DNA of 37,579 nt from a bacterium (GCA_017444045.1 JAFSXO010000047.1:1-37579); one strand, 5' to 3'. Shown: positions 1-8,139, numbered from the stretch's first letter. Translations and numbers: made by a program. Notes: generated by a model from the sequence alone, not told the origin.

Positions 1-91
1 AGTGAGCCTGCGGCAGCTACTAAGAAATAGATGCATTGATAGCGAGTGCGGTCATCTGCGCTCGCGCTGTAATTTGCGTCAGAGGTAGGCA

Positions 92-1489
92 ATGAAACAG
101 TACGGCAGAGGGCTGGGAAGATTTGCATGGGGCAGTACAGCGGTCTCTGCTGTGCTGCTGGCCTCGCTGGCCTGGGGAGGCGGCGCTATTGCGCAAGGCA
201 CTCAGCCCAGTGGCAGCCATGGTGAGCAGGCTATGTCTATCGGCGTAGTCGATTTTGACAGTCTGCTAAAGCAGCATCGCGATTACGAAAATTTGCAGCA
301 GCTCGATGAGCAGATCCGTCTGCTTAAGGAGGAGCTGCAGTTTTTGCCTCTCGAGGATCAGCGCCGGCTGGTGGATTCCTCCCAGAATCGCATGCGCGCC
401 GAAGTCGATAAAGCCCAGAAGGAAGTTCAGGCTGAGTACGATCGCATTAATAAAGAGCTGTCGGGGCTGTCGGCCAACATGGCCCATCAGCTGGAGGCTG
501 AGGCCAAGCAGGTTCAGGAGCATTATGGCAAGGTTCTGGAGCAGAGGCTTAAAGAGCTGGCTCCGGAAGCTGTAGAGCCTCCGCCCGATGCTAAGACTCA
601 GCTGGATTCCTTTATGCAGGATATGGCTCAGGTGCACGAGCAGCGTCTGGTCGCTAAGCGCTTGGAGCTGGAGCGGCAGATGGCCAATTTCTTGGAAACT
701 GAGCGCAGCCGCAGCGATACCGAGTTAGCTTCATACGATAACGAGATCATGAGCGCCAACCAAGAGAAGCGCGTCAATCTGATGCTGCGCCTGCAGACGG
801 CTACCGAGCCTGAAGAAGAGGCCAAAATACAGGAAGAGCTGCGCCAGCTGGGCGAGCTAGAAGGCCAGCAGAAGGAAGCCAAGGCTATAGAGCTACGCAA
901 GGTCTTTGAAAAGACTGTCGCCGACGAGAAGGCCAAGGTTGAACGGGAATTGGCCGCTTACTCAAAACGCTTAGATGCCGAGGCGCGCGCTCAGTTTGAG
1001 AGCAAAAAGAGCAAGATATTGGGCAATGTCAAGCCTGTCGATGTCGAGCAGAACCGCGCTTTGGCTCAGGCTCAGGTAGAGAAGGTGCGCAATATCGTCA
1101 ACGCTGAAATGCAGGCAAAGCAGAAAGAAATGCAGGACGCCATGAAAAAGCGAGCCGAGGAGGCGCAGAAAAAACTGCGCGCCAAGCAGCTGGCTGTGCA
1201 GAAGCGTTTGCTTAAGCTTCAGGATCAGCTCAATGCGATGGTCAAGGAATCGTACGACAACGTATCTGACGATACCCGCAAAAAAATGGACGACGTCAAA
1301 GCCAAAATCGAAGAGCTTCAGAAACAGCGCACCGAGCTGCATGACGCTATGGTCGCCAGCCTGTCCGGCATCGTCGGCGGCGTAGCCGAGAAGCAGCACG
1401 TTGACGCGGTTGTGGGCAAATACGTTGCCAATATTGACTGTGTAGATTTAACCGATTTGTCCATGGTGGCTTTAAAACAGGCCCAATAA
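92..1489 (+). CDS. Oversized OmpH/Skp-family periplasmic chaperone-like protein with a long coiled-coil insert
   Basis: SD-like 'gaggtagg' lies upstream of the ATG. Signal peptide 'AVSAVLLASLAWGGGAIAQG'. Skp-like N-terminal strand 'MSIGVVDFDSLLKQHRDYENL' and Skp-like C-terminal 'VDAVVGKYVANIDCVDLTDLSMVALKQ'. Between them are hundreds of E/K/Q/L-rich heptad-like residues. It sits upstream of lpxD, as skp does in many diderms. Confidence 0.7.
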   Translation: MKQYGRGLGRFAWGSTAVSAVLLASLAWGGGAIAQGTQPSGSHGEQAMSIGVVDFDSLLKQHRDYENLQQLDEQIRLLKEELQFLPLEDQRRLVDSSQNRMRAEVDKAQKEVQAEYDRINKELSGLSANMAHQLEAEAKQVQEHYGKVLEQRLKELAPEAVEPPPDAKTQLDSFMQDMAQVHEQRLVAKRLELERQMANFLETERSRSDTELASYDNEIMSANQEKRVNLMLRLQTATEPEEEAKIQEELRQLGELEGQQKEAKAIELRKVFEKTVADEKAKVERELAAYSKRLDAEARAQFESKKSKILGNVKPVDVEQNRALAQAQVEKVRNIVNAEMQAKQKEMQDAMKKRAEEAQKKLRAKQLAVQKRLLKLQDQLNAMVKESYDNVSDDTRKKMDDVKAKIEELQKQRTELHDAMVASLSGIVGGVAEKQHVDAVVGKYVANIDCVDLTDLSMVALKQAQ

Positions 1490-1553
1490 GCGGCAGTGCT
1501 TATAGGTTAGCTATTGGCTGATCTTGCCGATACGCGGTGGCAGCGGAGGAGTT

Positions 1554-2141
1554 ATGAAAAGAATAAATGGCCTTAATGGCTGGGCTTTTTCTTTAGCGAT
1601 GGTCGCTATTGCCGGTCTGGCTATTAATTTGAGCGGCTGCGAGCAGAAAAAGCTGGTGACCGCGTCGATAGATACTACTAAACTGCTGCAGAATGATGAT
1701 GAATACCAGCGTTTAGCTCAGCAGTATTTTAACGAGCGGATAAAATTGGCTAGTGAGCTGCAGCAGGATGTAAAAAAGAGCGGAGGAGTTATTAAGGACC
1801 AGAGCCTTTATAACAAATACGCCAAGGCAGAGGCCGATCTTAATGCGGAATGGCTGAAGAAGACCCGCGAATTCACCGAGAAAAAAATGGTCAATGTGCG
1901 CAAAATCTGCGATAAGCTGCACGCAACTAAGGGTATCGACTTGGTGGTGCTGGATTCGGATCAGCAGCCTACAGTTGAGTTCGGGGCGGTCGATGTGACA
2001 GCTGATGTTTTGGCTGAGCTTTCCGGGTTTGCCAGCGAGCCTGATACGGCGAAGCCGGCAGATGAGCTGCCGGAGAAGCAGGACGGCGGCGGGGATAAGA
2101 CGACTTCCGAGGAGCTTCCGTCAGCATCTGACAAAAAATGA
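1554..2141 (+). CDS. OmpH/Skp-like lipoprotein with acidic C-terminal tail
   Basis: I prefer the ATG at 1554 (SD 'ggagga' just upstream) over the ORF-track start at 1524. Lipobox 'LSGC'. Skp-like C-terminus 'GIDLVVLDSDQQPTVEFGAVDVTADVLAEL'. Confidence 0.65.
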   Translation: MKRINGLNGWAFSLAMVAIAGLAINLSGCEQKKLVTASIDTTKLLQNDDEYQRLAQQYFNERIKLASELQQDVKKSGGVIKDQSLYNKYAKAEADLNAEWLKKTREFTEKKMVNVRKICDKLHATKGIDLVVLDSDQQPTVEFGAVDVTADVLAELSGFASEPDTAKPADELPEKQDGGGDKTTSEELPSASDKK

Positions 2142-2220
2142 AAAAATTGAGTAAGGCTTGGCCAAGACCATTGCTCCTTAAGCTGTAAGCATTGGGATTG
2201 GCGATAGGAGGCTGAAGATA

Positions 2221-2691
2221 ATGCAAAGCAGGCATTTGGGTACGTTGTTGGCCTTAAGCGCAGTTTGCTGCGGTCTCGTTTGGGGGCTGAGCGGGTGTTC
2301 CATGCAGCACACGATCAAGGTGGGAGTGGTAGATACCGATCGCGTGGTGCGCGAGAACCCTAAATACATGGAGCTCAACGTTATGCTGGCTGGCGAGCGC
2401 CAGGCGGTAATGCAGCAGGTCCCCAGCAATTTTAGAGATATGTCCTCCTCTCAGCGCCAGGAGGTGCGCAAAAAACTGGCTAAGGATGCCAAAGAGCGTT
2501 CTGATAAGTTTAGCAAGAAGTATATAGATTTTATTAAAGGCTTAACCGATGATATCCGCGTAGCGGCAAAATCAGTGGCCGACGATCGGCACTACGATCT
2601 GATAATCGTGGATTCCCCCAGCAATCCCACGGTGCTTTATAATTCCGGCGACAATATTACCACGGATATTCTGCTAAAATTAAAGTCTTAG
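2221..2691 (+). CDS. OmpH/Skp-like lipoprotein
   Basis: SD 'aggagg'. Lipobox 'LSGC'. Motifs 'IKVGVVDTDRVVRENPKY' and 'YDLIIVDSPSNPTVLYNSGDNITTDILLKL' match the two-strand Skp core. Typical Skp size (156 aa). Confidence 0.7.
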   Translation: MQSRHLGTLLALSAVCCGLVWGLSGCSMQHTIKVGVVDTDRVVRENPKYMELNVMLAGERQAVMQQVPSNFRDMSSSQRQEVRKKLAKDAKERSDKFSKKYIDFIKGLTDDIRVAAKSVADDRHYDLIIVDSPSNPTVLYNSGDNITTDILLKLKS

Positions 2692-2702
2692 GAGCAAATG
2701 CG

Positions 2703-3440
2703 ATGGCCGAGAACAATGTGCATCCTTCCGCGGTGATTGACGCGGCTGCCGTATTAGGCACCGCTGTAACCGTAGGCCCCTGTGCGGTAATTGAGGCAGA
2801 AGCTCATGTCGGCAGCAATACGATAATTGAGGCTCATGCTTATATAGGGCACGACGTAATAATCGGAGAGGGCTGCTGCATAGGTGTGGGCGCGGTGCTG
2901 CGCGATGGTGTGGTGCTGGATAATGGTGTGCGCCTGGGAGCCGGTGTGGTGCTGGGCACCGACGGCTTCGGCTATGTCTTTGACGGCAGTACGCATCTGA
3001 AAATTCCTCAGGTTGGCGGGGTTCATATCGGTGCGAATACCATTGTCGAGGCCGATACCTGTATCGATCGGGCTACTACGGGAACAACCGAGGTCGGTGC
3101 CAATTCCCATGTCGGCCCGATGGTTATGATCGGCCATAACTGCAAGGTTGGCGATGGCTGCCAAATCGGCTACCAGGTTGGCTTTGCCGGCTCATCTACT
3201 ATGGGCAATGACTGCGTTATGGCGCCCCAGTCAGGTATGGCCATGCGCGCTGAGCTGGGCGATGGCTCCCGGGTGGAATTTCGGGCTGCCGTGCTGCGCA
3301 AGCTCCCTGCCGGAAGCCATGTCGCTGGTTTCCCTGCCCGGCCTGTCGAGGAGGCCAGGCGCATCGAGGCGGCGATTCACCGGCTGCCTAAGGTCTTGGA
3401 GGCACTCGACGCCAGCGCTTCGCCTGTTGAAGCTTCCTAA
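2703..3440 (+). CDS. lpxD: UDP-3-O-acylglucosamine N-acyltransferase-like left-handed beta-helix protein (short LpxD, no N-terminal domain)
   Basis: Hexapeptide repeats run throughout. LpxD-like core 'GFGYVFDGSTHLKIPQVGGVHIGANTIVEADTCIDRAT' and 'IGHNCKVG'. Located skp-proximal, upstream of lpxC-fabZ. Only 245 aa, and it starts 11 nt after the preceding stop. Confidence 0.75.
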   Translation: MAENNVHPSAVIDAAAVLGTAVTVGPCAVIEAEAHVGSNTIIEAHAYIGHDVIIGEGCCIGVGAVLRDGVVLDNGVRLGAGVVLGTDGFGYVFDGSTHLKIPQVGGVHIGANTIVEADTCIDRATTGTTEVGANSHVGPMVMIGHNCKVGDGCQIGYQVGFAGSSTMGNDCVMAPQSGMAMRAELGDGSRVEFRAAVLRKLPAGSHVAGFPARPVEEARRIEAAIHRLPKVLEALDASASPVEAS

Positions 3441-3499
3441 TTAAGTTAATAATTATTATGAAGTGCCATTGATCTGGAGAGCGATGGCACTGTCTGTCT

Positions 3500-3541
3500 G
3501 AAGGTATTCCGTGTTAGAGCGAAGATATTCCGTGTTAAAGC
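3500..3541 (+). repeat. 21-bp tandem duplication (2 mismatches) spanning the candidate GTG start codons of the 591-aa ORF
   Basis: 'gaaggtattccgtgttagagc' (3500-3520) is followed directly by 'gaagatattccgtgttaaagc' (3521-3541). Confidence 0.85.
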
Positions 3542-5286
3542 GTTTAATTGCTTGGCTTTTTTTGTTGGGCATTCTGCTGCCGGCGATTCCTGCCAGCGCT
3601 GCCGATGTTGTGCTGGGCGGCAAAACTGTATTCCGCATCGACGGGCAGGCCGAAGCTCAGGCGCTTTCAAAAAGAATTGAGGGCCTGCTGCAGAATGGTG
3701 CGGCCGCTTCCGCTATCCGAGTGGAGAAAAAGGACAAAGGCGCAGCCATCTATTGGGGAAGCGAGCTGATCATTACCGTAACTCCCGAGCTGGCCCGCTC
3801 TAACAACAGCGAAGCTCTGCCCTTGGCGCGCCGCTGGGCCGACAATATGTACGATGTCGCCTCTATTGGTCTGCTCAATGTTGACTGCAGCCGCGTGGTG
3901 CTATCTATAGAAGGAGAAAAGCTGATCAATACCAGCGGCTTAGCAGAAGGCGATCTAATCGTTAAAGAACCGCAGGGCATCGTATCTGTAACTGTTTACG
4001 ATGACGGCTCTATTTTGCTGCATGCCCAGCGTCTTGGCAAAACCCAGGTTACCATATCTAAGGGCAAGGGTGTCCAGACTGTTTGGGTTCACGTCAAGGA
4101 CTGGGCGGGGCGCATTCCCAAGCAGCTAGAGGCCGAGGTTACTGGCCATCCCGCTTTAGACGTGCATGTGCAGCAGGCGGTGCTCTTGGCCGTGGCCACC
4201 AACACCTTTGTGAATCCCGGCTGCAGCGTGGAATTTGACACCGACGGCTTCCTGCCGCGTGATGTGCCTGCCGGGGCTACTATGCGCTTTGCTGTGCCTA
4301 TGACCATTGCGGCTGGCGAGGACTATCTGCCGGTGCGCGGCACCGCGTATGTCGATGTGCGCAATGTGGCCGTGGAATGGCAGGAGCAGAATCTGCTCCT
4401 GGTCAGCAACCGTCCTGAGCGCGTCGATCAGGATGGCGTGCTGCTAAACTATACCTTCTCAAAGAACGAGCCTACGCGGCTGATGTATTCGCACCTTAAC
4501 GATTCAGCCAAGCCGCGCAATTTTTGGGTGAATTTATCCAATCCCGGCAGTACGCCAGTCAAGCTGCTGGTCAATTGGACCTATGCAGGGCCGGGAAAGA
4601 GCGAGATTCATGTAGGTCAGACCTCGGCCAAGCGCTTTCTGCAGAGTCTGGCCGCGCAGTCTGGCTGTATTGTGACTCTAAGGCCGGGAATGGTTATGGA
4701 GCTGGCCGATCACACCGTGCACAATAAGATGCTGGTGACCGGCTTTGCCATGATGCAGATACTGGAAGGCGACGCAGTCAATGTTGAGGTGCGCAATGTT
4801 TTGGCCCCGTCTGAAAACGATGCCCGTCCTCTTCCCGATATCGGCGCTCCCTTCAATCCATTTAAGATCCACCCTCACGGCGTTTTTGCCCAGCCCTATT
4901 TTGAGATGGAGGCTGAGTACACCTACGGCAAGGATCCCGTGGTGATCCGTTATGGAGAAAGCCCCTGGCTCATCGACTTTGAGACTGGTTTGCCCAATAC
5001 CGGCAATTTCGGCGTGCTGTATAAAGCGATAATTGAGCTGAAAAATCCCGATAACCGCACGCGCCAGGCGGGCCTGTATTTTAAGCCTCTAAACGGCCCT
5101 GGCGGGGCTAACTTTCTGATCGACGGACGCCTGTTCCAGGCGCCCTTCCGCAAAGTGCAGAATGAGTGCCTAGTCACGCGGATAGAGCTGTCACCGCGCT
5201 CCAACCATCTGATCGAGGTGATTACTCTGCCTGAGGCCAGCTCCTGTTATCCCGCTCAGTTTGAGATCCGCGCTTTGACTCCCTGA
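3511..5286 (+). CDS. Secreted protein of unknown function embedded between lpxD and lpxC
   Basis: GTG start, with an alternative in-frame GTG at 3532. Signal peptide 'LIAWLFLLGILLPAIPASAADV'. Uninterrupted 591 codons. The beta-rich segment 'GIVSVTVYDDGSILLHAQRLGKTQVTISKGKGVQTVWVHV' looks Ig-like (Big_2-type). I recognised no catalytic motif. Confidence 0.8.
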   Translation: MLERRYSVLKRLIAWLFLLGILLPAIPASAADVVLGGKTVFRIDGQAEAQALSKRIEGLLQNGAAASAIRVEKKDKGAAIYWGSELIITVTPELARSNNSEALPLARRWADNMYDVASIGLLNVDCSRVVLSIEGEKLINTSGLAEGDLIVKEPQGIVSVTVYDDGSILLHAQRLGKTQVTISKGKGVQTVWVHVKDWAGRIPKQLEAEVTGHPALDVHVQQAVLLAVATNTFVNPGCSVEFDTDGFLPRDVPAGATMRFAVPMTIAAGEDYLPVRGTAYVDVRNVAVEWQEQNLLLVSNRPERVDQDGVLLNYTFSKNEPTRLMYSHLNDSAKPRNFWVNLSNPGSTPVKLLVNWTYAGPGKSEIHVGQTSAKRFLQSLAAQSGCIVTLRPGMVMELADHTVHNKMLVTGFAMMQILEGDAVNVEVRNVLAPSENDARPLPDIGAPFNPFKIHPHGVFAQPYFEMEAEYTYGKDPVVIRYGESPWLIDFETGLPNTGNFGVLYKAIIELKNPDNRTRQAGLYFKPLNGPGGANFLIDGRLFQAPFRKVQNECLVTRIELSPRSNHLIEVITLPEASSCYPAQFEIRALTP

Positions 5287-5329
5287 GTATCCCATTTTTT
5301 AGAGAAGCGTTTCGCGTTAAGGAGCAGTT

Positions 5330-6223
5330 ATGGAGCGCAGTCAGTATACTATAAAAGAAGCCGTGGAATTTGAAGGCGTAGGCATTCATACTGGCCAGAA
5401 GGGTCGGGTTCGCCTGCTGCCGGCGGCGCCCAATGAGGGCATATGCTTTAGGGGCAAACAGGAGACCATCCCCGCCTTGGCCGAGTATGTGGTCTGCACA
5501 GCGCGCAGCACTACGCTGGGCAAGGGCGAGGAAACTATCGCAACCGTTGAGCATCTTATGGCCGCTTTGTGGGGCATGGGCGTTGACAATGCCGTGGTCG
5601 AGTTTGAAGGTCCCGAGGTGCCCATCTTAGACGGTTCGTCTTGGCCCTTCGCTCAGGGTATTCTGAAGGCTGGCCTGCAGGAACAGGATGAGCTGGCTGA
5701 ATATTTGGAGATCTCCGAGCCGTGCTTTGTGGCCCATGGCGAATCGCTGGTATTGGCCATGCCCGCCGATATTACCAGCTACGAGGGTGCTGTAAGCTAT
5801 GCCTGTGACGATGTTGGCGTGCAGAGATTTCGCTATTCCGTGTACGACGATTTCTCGGTTCACGTGGCTCCGGCGCGCACCTTCGGCTTTTGGGAAGAGG
5901 TCGAGCAACTGCTGGCCCGCGGCTTGGGGCTGGGCGGCGATCTGTCCAATGCTCTGATTTTTGGCTGCCCTAAGGAGAAGCGCGTCTCCGATGCTCAGGC
6001 AGATTCTCTGGCGCTTAAAGCGGGATGGACTTCCCCGTCCGGGATAAGGCTGCGCTTTTACGATGAGGCTGTGCGTCACAAGGTGCTGGATCTGATTGGA
6101 GATGTGGCTCTGCTGGGGCATCCTCTCAATGCTTCTATCTTAGCTGTGCGCGCGGGGCACAGTCTGCACGTGGAATTTGTGCGCAAATTGCGCCATGGAG
6201 TGAGCTATGTTAGAAACGAGTGA
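5330..6223 (+). CDS. lpxC: UDP-3-O-acyl-N-acetylglucosamine deacetylase
   Basis: SD 'aaggag'. Motifs 'GVGIHTGQKGRVRLLPA', 'TVEHLMAALWGMGVDNAVVEFEGPEVPILDGSS' and 'HKVLDLIGDVALLG'. Confidence 0.93.
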   Translation: MERSQYTIKEAVEFEGVGIHTGQKGRVRLLPAAPNEGICFRGKQETIPALAEYVVCTARSTTLGKGEETIATVEHLMAALWGMGVDNAVVEFEGPEVPILDGSSWPFAQGILKAGLQEQDELAEYLEISEPCFVAHGESLVLAMPADITSYEGAVSYACDDVGVQRFRYSVYDDFSVHVAPARTFGFWEEVEQLLARGLGLGGDLSNALIFGCPKEKRVSDAQADSLALKAGWTSPSGIRLRFYDEAVRHKVLDLIGDVALLGHPLNASILAVRAGHSLHVEFVRKLRHGVSYVRNE

Positions 6224-6656
6224 TTTACTGCAGATATTGCCGCATCGCATACCTGCGCTTTATCTGGATCGCGTAACGGAAGTATTTCCCGGGGGAGCTG
6301 TCGGCTATAAGAACGTAACGGCTACCGAACCCCAGTTCCGCGGCCATTTTGTCGATAATCCCGTGATGCCCGGAGTCCTCACGTTGGAGGCTCTGATACA
6401 GCTTATTTGGGTGGCGTATCGCTGCCAGGGACTGAATGAGGCCGCGCTGCCGGAGGGCTGGCAGGTTCCTGAGGCTCAGATTGAGCTGAACGATATTGAG
6501 CGCATACGCTTCCGCCAGATGGTGCGCCCTGGCGATCGCCTGGATCTGCGGGTAGAAGAGCGCGAAGCATCCGGCGATTCTCGTTTAGTTTCGGCTGTTG
6601 CCCAGGTCGATGGCAAGGTCGCCTGCGAGGCTATGCTCAGGGTTACTGTTTCGTGA
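6207..6656 (+). CDS. fabZ: 3-hydroxyacyl-ACP dehydratase
   Basis: Overlaps the lpxC end by 17 nt. Motifs 'LPHRIPALYLDRV' and 'FRGHFVDNPVMPGVLTLEALIQ' (hot-dog fold with catalytic His). Confidence 0.92.
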   Translation: MLETSDLLQILPHRIPALYLDRVTEVFPGGAVGYKNVTATEPQFRGHFVDNPVMPGVLTLEALIQLIWVAYRCQGLNEAALPEGWQVPEAQIELNDIERIRFRQMVRPGDRLDLRVEEREASGDSRLVSAVAQVDGKVACEAMLRVTVS

Positions 6657-6858
6657 CAGACACCTGGCAGTGCTATTCCGCTGAGATGACAACTGCATGC
6701 GCTAGGGCGGGGGGGCAGTGCTGCCGGAAGGCCAAACGGAAATTACTATCGAGTTAGATACCGACGATTTCTAGTGAACGCAGTGCTGCGGTGCTGGCGC
6801 AGGATCCGGTGCCAGCCCAAATGTTTTCGCTAGGCCTTTGCTCAATGACATAGACAAA

Positions 6859-6908
6859 GACTCACAGTCTGCCGATAAAAAAGGCGGACTGTGAGTCTTT
6901 TTATCGGC
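6859..6908 (+). terminator. Intrinsic terminator hairpin with a competing alternative pairing
   Basis: A 15-bp stem pairs 6859-6873 with 6883-6897 (one G-U), followed by a T-run at 6898-6902. In addition, 'gccgataaaaa' (6871-6881) is the exact reverse complement of 'tttttatcggc' (6898-6908). Confidence 0.7.
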
Positions 6909-6949
6909 GCTATTAGCACACGATCAGCCCAAGAAGGCCACTTTCCCTG

Positions 6950-7055
6950 CTGCTTTCGCGTGAATAAATAGTTCCGCGAAAGACACCTCTGAGCGCAGCG
7001 AAGCAGTACCGTCGCGGAAGCTAGTGCAGCGCAAATGTGTTCACAAACGCTAAGC
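6950..7055. repeat. Palindromic intergenic repeat, copy A (degenerate)
   Basis: 'agttccgcgaaagacacctctgagcgcagcgaagcagtaccgtcgcggaagctagtgcagcgcaaat' aligns with the centre and right arm of copy C (13079-13245). Confidence 0.75.
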
Positions 7056-7148
7056 TATTGGTATTTAGCAATAAAGGAACGATTTATTATTTGTAGTATT
7101 AATCAGTTTCAGTATTTTTCTGATAGAGCTTTCGTTATGGAGGTCGGT

Positions 7149-8096
7149 ATGAAGCCTTTTCGCATTGGTGTCGTAGGGGTCGGCAGTATGGGATATAACC
7201 ATGCTCGCGTTTGTGCCGAGCTTCCCGAATTTGAGCTTGTTGCCGTTGCCGACAGCAATCCTTCTGTCGCCCAGACAGTAGCAGAAAAATTCTCTGCTGA
7301 GTGTTACACAGACGCCAGCGCTTTGCTGGGCAAGGTCGATGCGGTATCTATAGTAGCTCCCACGGTTTTGCATTACAGCCTCAGCAGGATGTTTATGGAA
7401 AACGGCGTGCATGTGCTGGTCGAAAAGCCTATTACGGTTGAGGCTGCCGAGGCTCGGGAACTGGCGGAGCTGGCCGAAGCCAATCATTTGGTTTTCCAGG
7501 TAGGGCATCTCGAGCGCTTTAATCCCGCGGTGGTTAAGCTTCGGGAGCTGCTGCGCCAGCCCATTTTTGTCGAAACGCATCGACTTTCGGGAAAAACTAC
7601 CCGCAACCTCGATGTCGGGGTCAGCTGGGATCTGATGATTCACGATTATGATCTAGTGCTTAGTCTGATCCAGGATGAGGTCACCGGCATCAGTGCGCAG
7701 GGCACATCTGTGTACTCAGACTTTGAGGATCTAGCGTCTGTGCAGCTGCGCTTTAAGAACGGCACAATGGCTCATCTGTCGGCCAGCCGCAATTCAGCGG
7801 AGCGCAGCCGGGGCATGAAGGTTACCGAAGCTGATGGGCGAGTGCTTTTTGTCGATTTTATTGCCCAAACGCTGAGCGTTGCTGTCCTAGGCAGCAACGG
7901 TCTGCCCACTCCTGCAGAAGCTGTGCCTATTGAAAAGGCGGAGCCGCTAAAGGATGAGCTGATTCATTTTGCCCATTGTTTAGCTGAGCATAAAACTCCG
8001 TTAGTCTCTGGCTTTGATGGTTTGCGGGCATTAGAGCTGGCTATCCGGGTGCGCGATAAGATGAATATCGTTAAACTGGGTACAAGTCTCATTTAA
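7149..8096 (+). CDS. Gfo/Idh/MocA-family NAD(P)-dependent oxidoreductase
   Basis: I prefer the ATG at 7149 (SD 'ggaggt'), because the ORF-track start at 7035 lies inside the repeat. Rossmann motif 'FRIGVVGVGSMGYNHA', plus 'VLVEKPIT'. Located immediately upstream of lpxA. Confidence 0.85.
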   Translation: MKPFRIGVVGVGSMGYNHARVCAELPEFELVAVADSNPSVAQTVAEKFSAECYTDASALLGKVDAVSIVAPTVLHYSLSRMFMENGVHVLVEKPITVEAAEARELAELAEANHLVFQVGHLERFNPAVVKLRELLRQPIFVETHRLSGKTTRNLDVGVSWDLMIHDYDLVLSLIQDEVTGISAQGTSVYSDFEDLASVQLRFKNGTMAHLSASRNSAERSRGMKVTEADGRVLFVDFIAQTLSVAVLGSNGLPTPAEAVPIEKAEPLKDELIHFAHCLAEHKTPLVSGFDGLRALELAIRVRDKMNIVKLGTSLI

Positions 8097-8139
8097 TTTA
8101 ATAAAGTAATTGGTCAGCCGCAATAGAGAGGAATAAACG

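Noticed and set aside
1-30. Possible 3' end of an upstream + strand gene ('SEPAAATKK' then stop)
   Set aside because: Only nine codons are visible, so neither coding status nor identity can be supported.
20-220. 66-aa minus-strand ORF at the window start
   Set aside because: It overlaps the SD and 5' end of the well-supported Skp-like gene. It is Ala/Ser/Arg-rich in the manner of antisense reading of G+C-rich coding DNA, and it has no motif or SD.
266-1399. Several 100-140-aa minus-strand and alternative-frame ORFs inside the first Skp gene
   Set aside because: The repetitive coiled-coil codon usage (GAG/CAG/AAG/CTG) keeps other frames open. None has a start context or a recognisable motif.
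5627-6121. 164-aa minus-strand ORF inside lpxC. Similar cases are 7065-7643, 12426-12938, 23530-24006 and 31659-32129.
   Set aside because: Each lies antisense to a confidently identified conserved gene and has no independent support.
7035-7148. N-terminal extension of the oxidoreductase as given by the ORF track
   Set aside because: The extension reads through repeat copy A and has no SD. ATG 7149 has 'ggaggt' upstream and begins right at the Rossmann motif.
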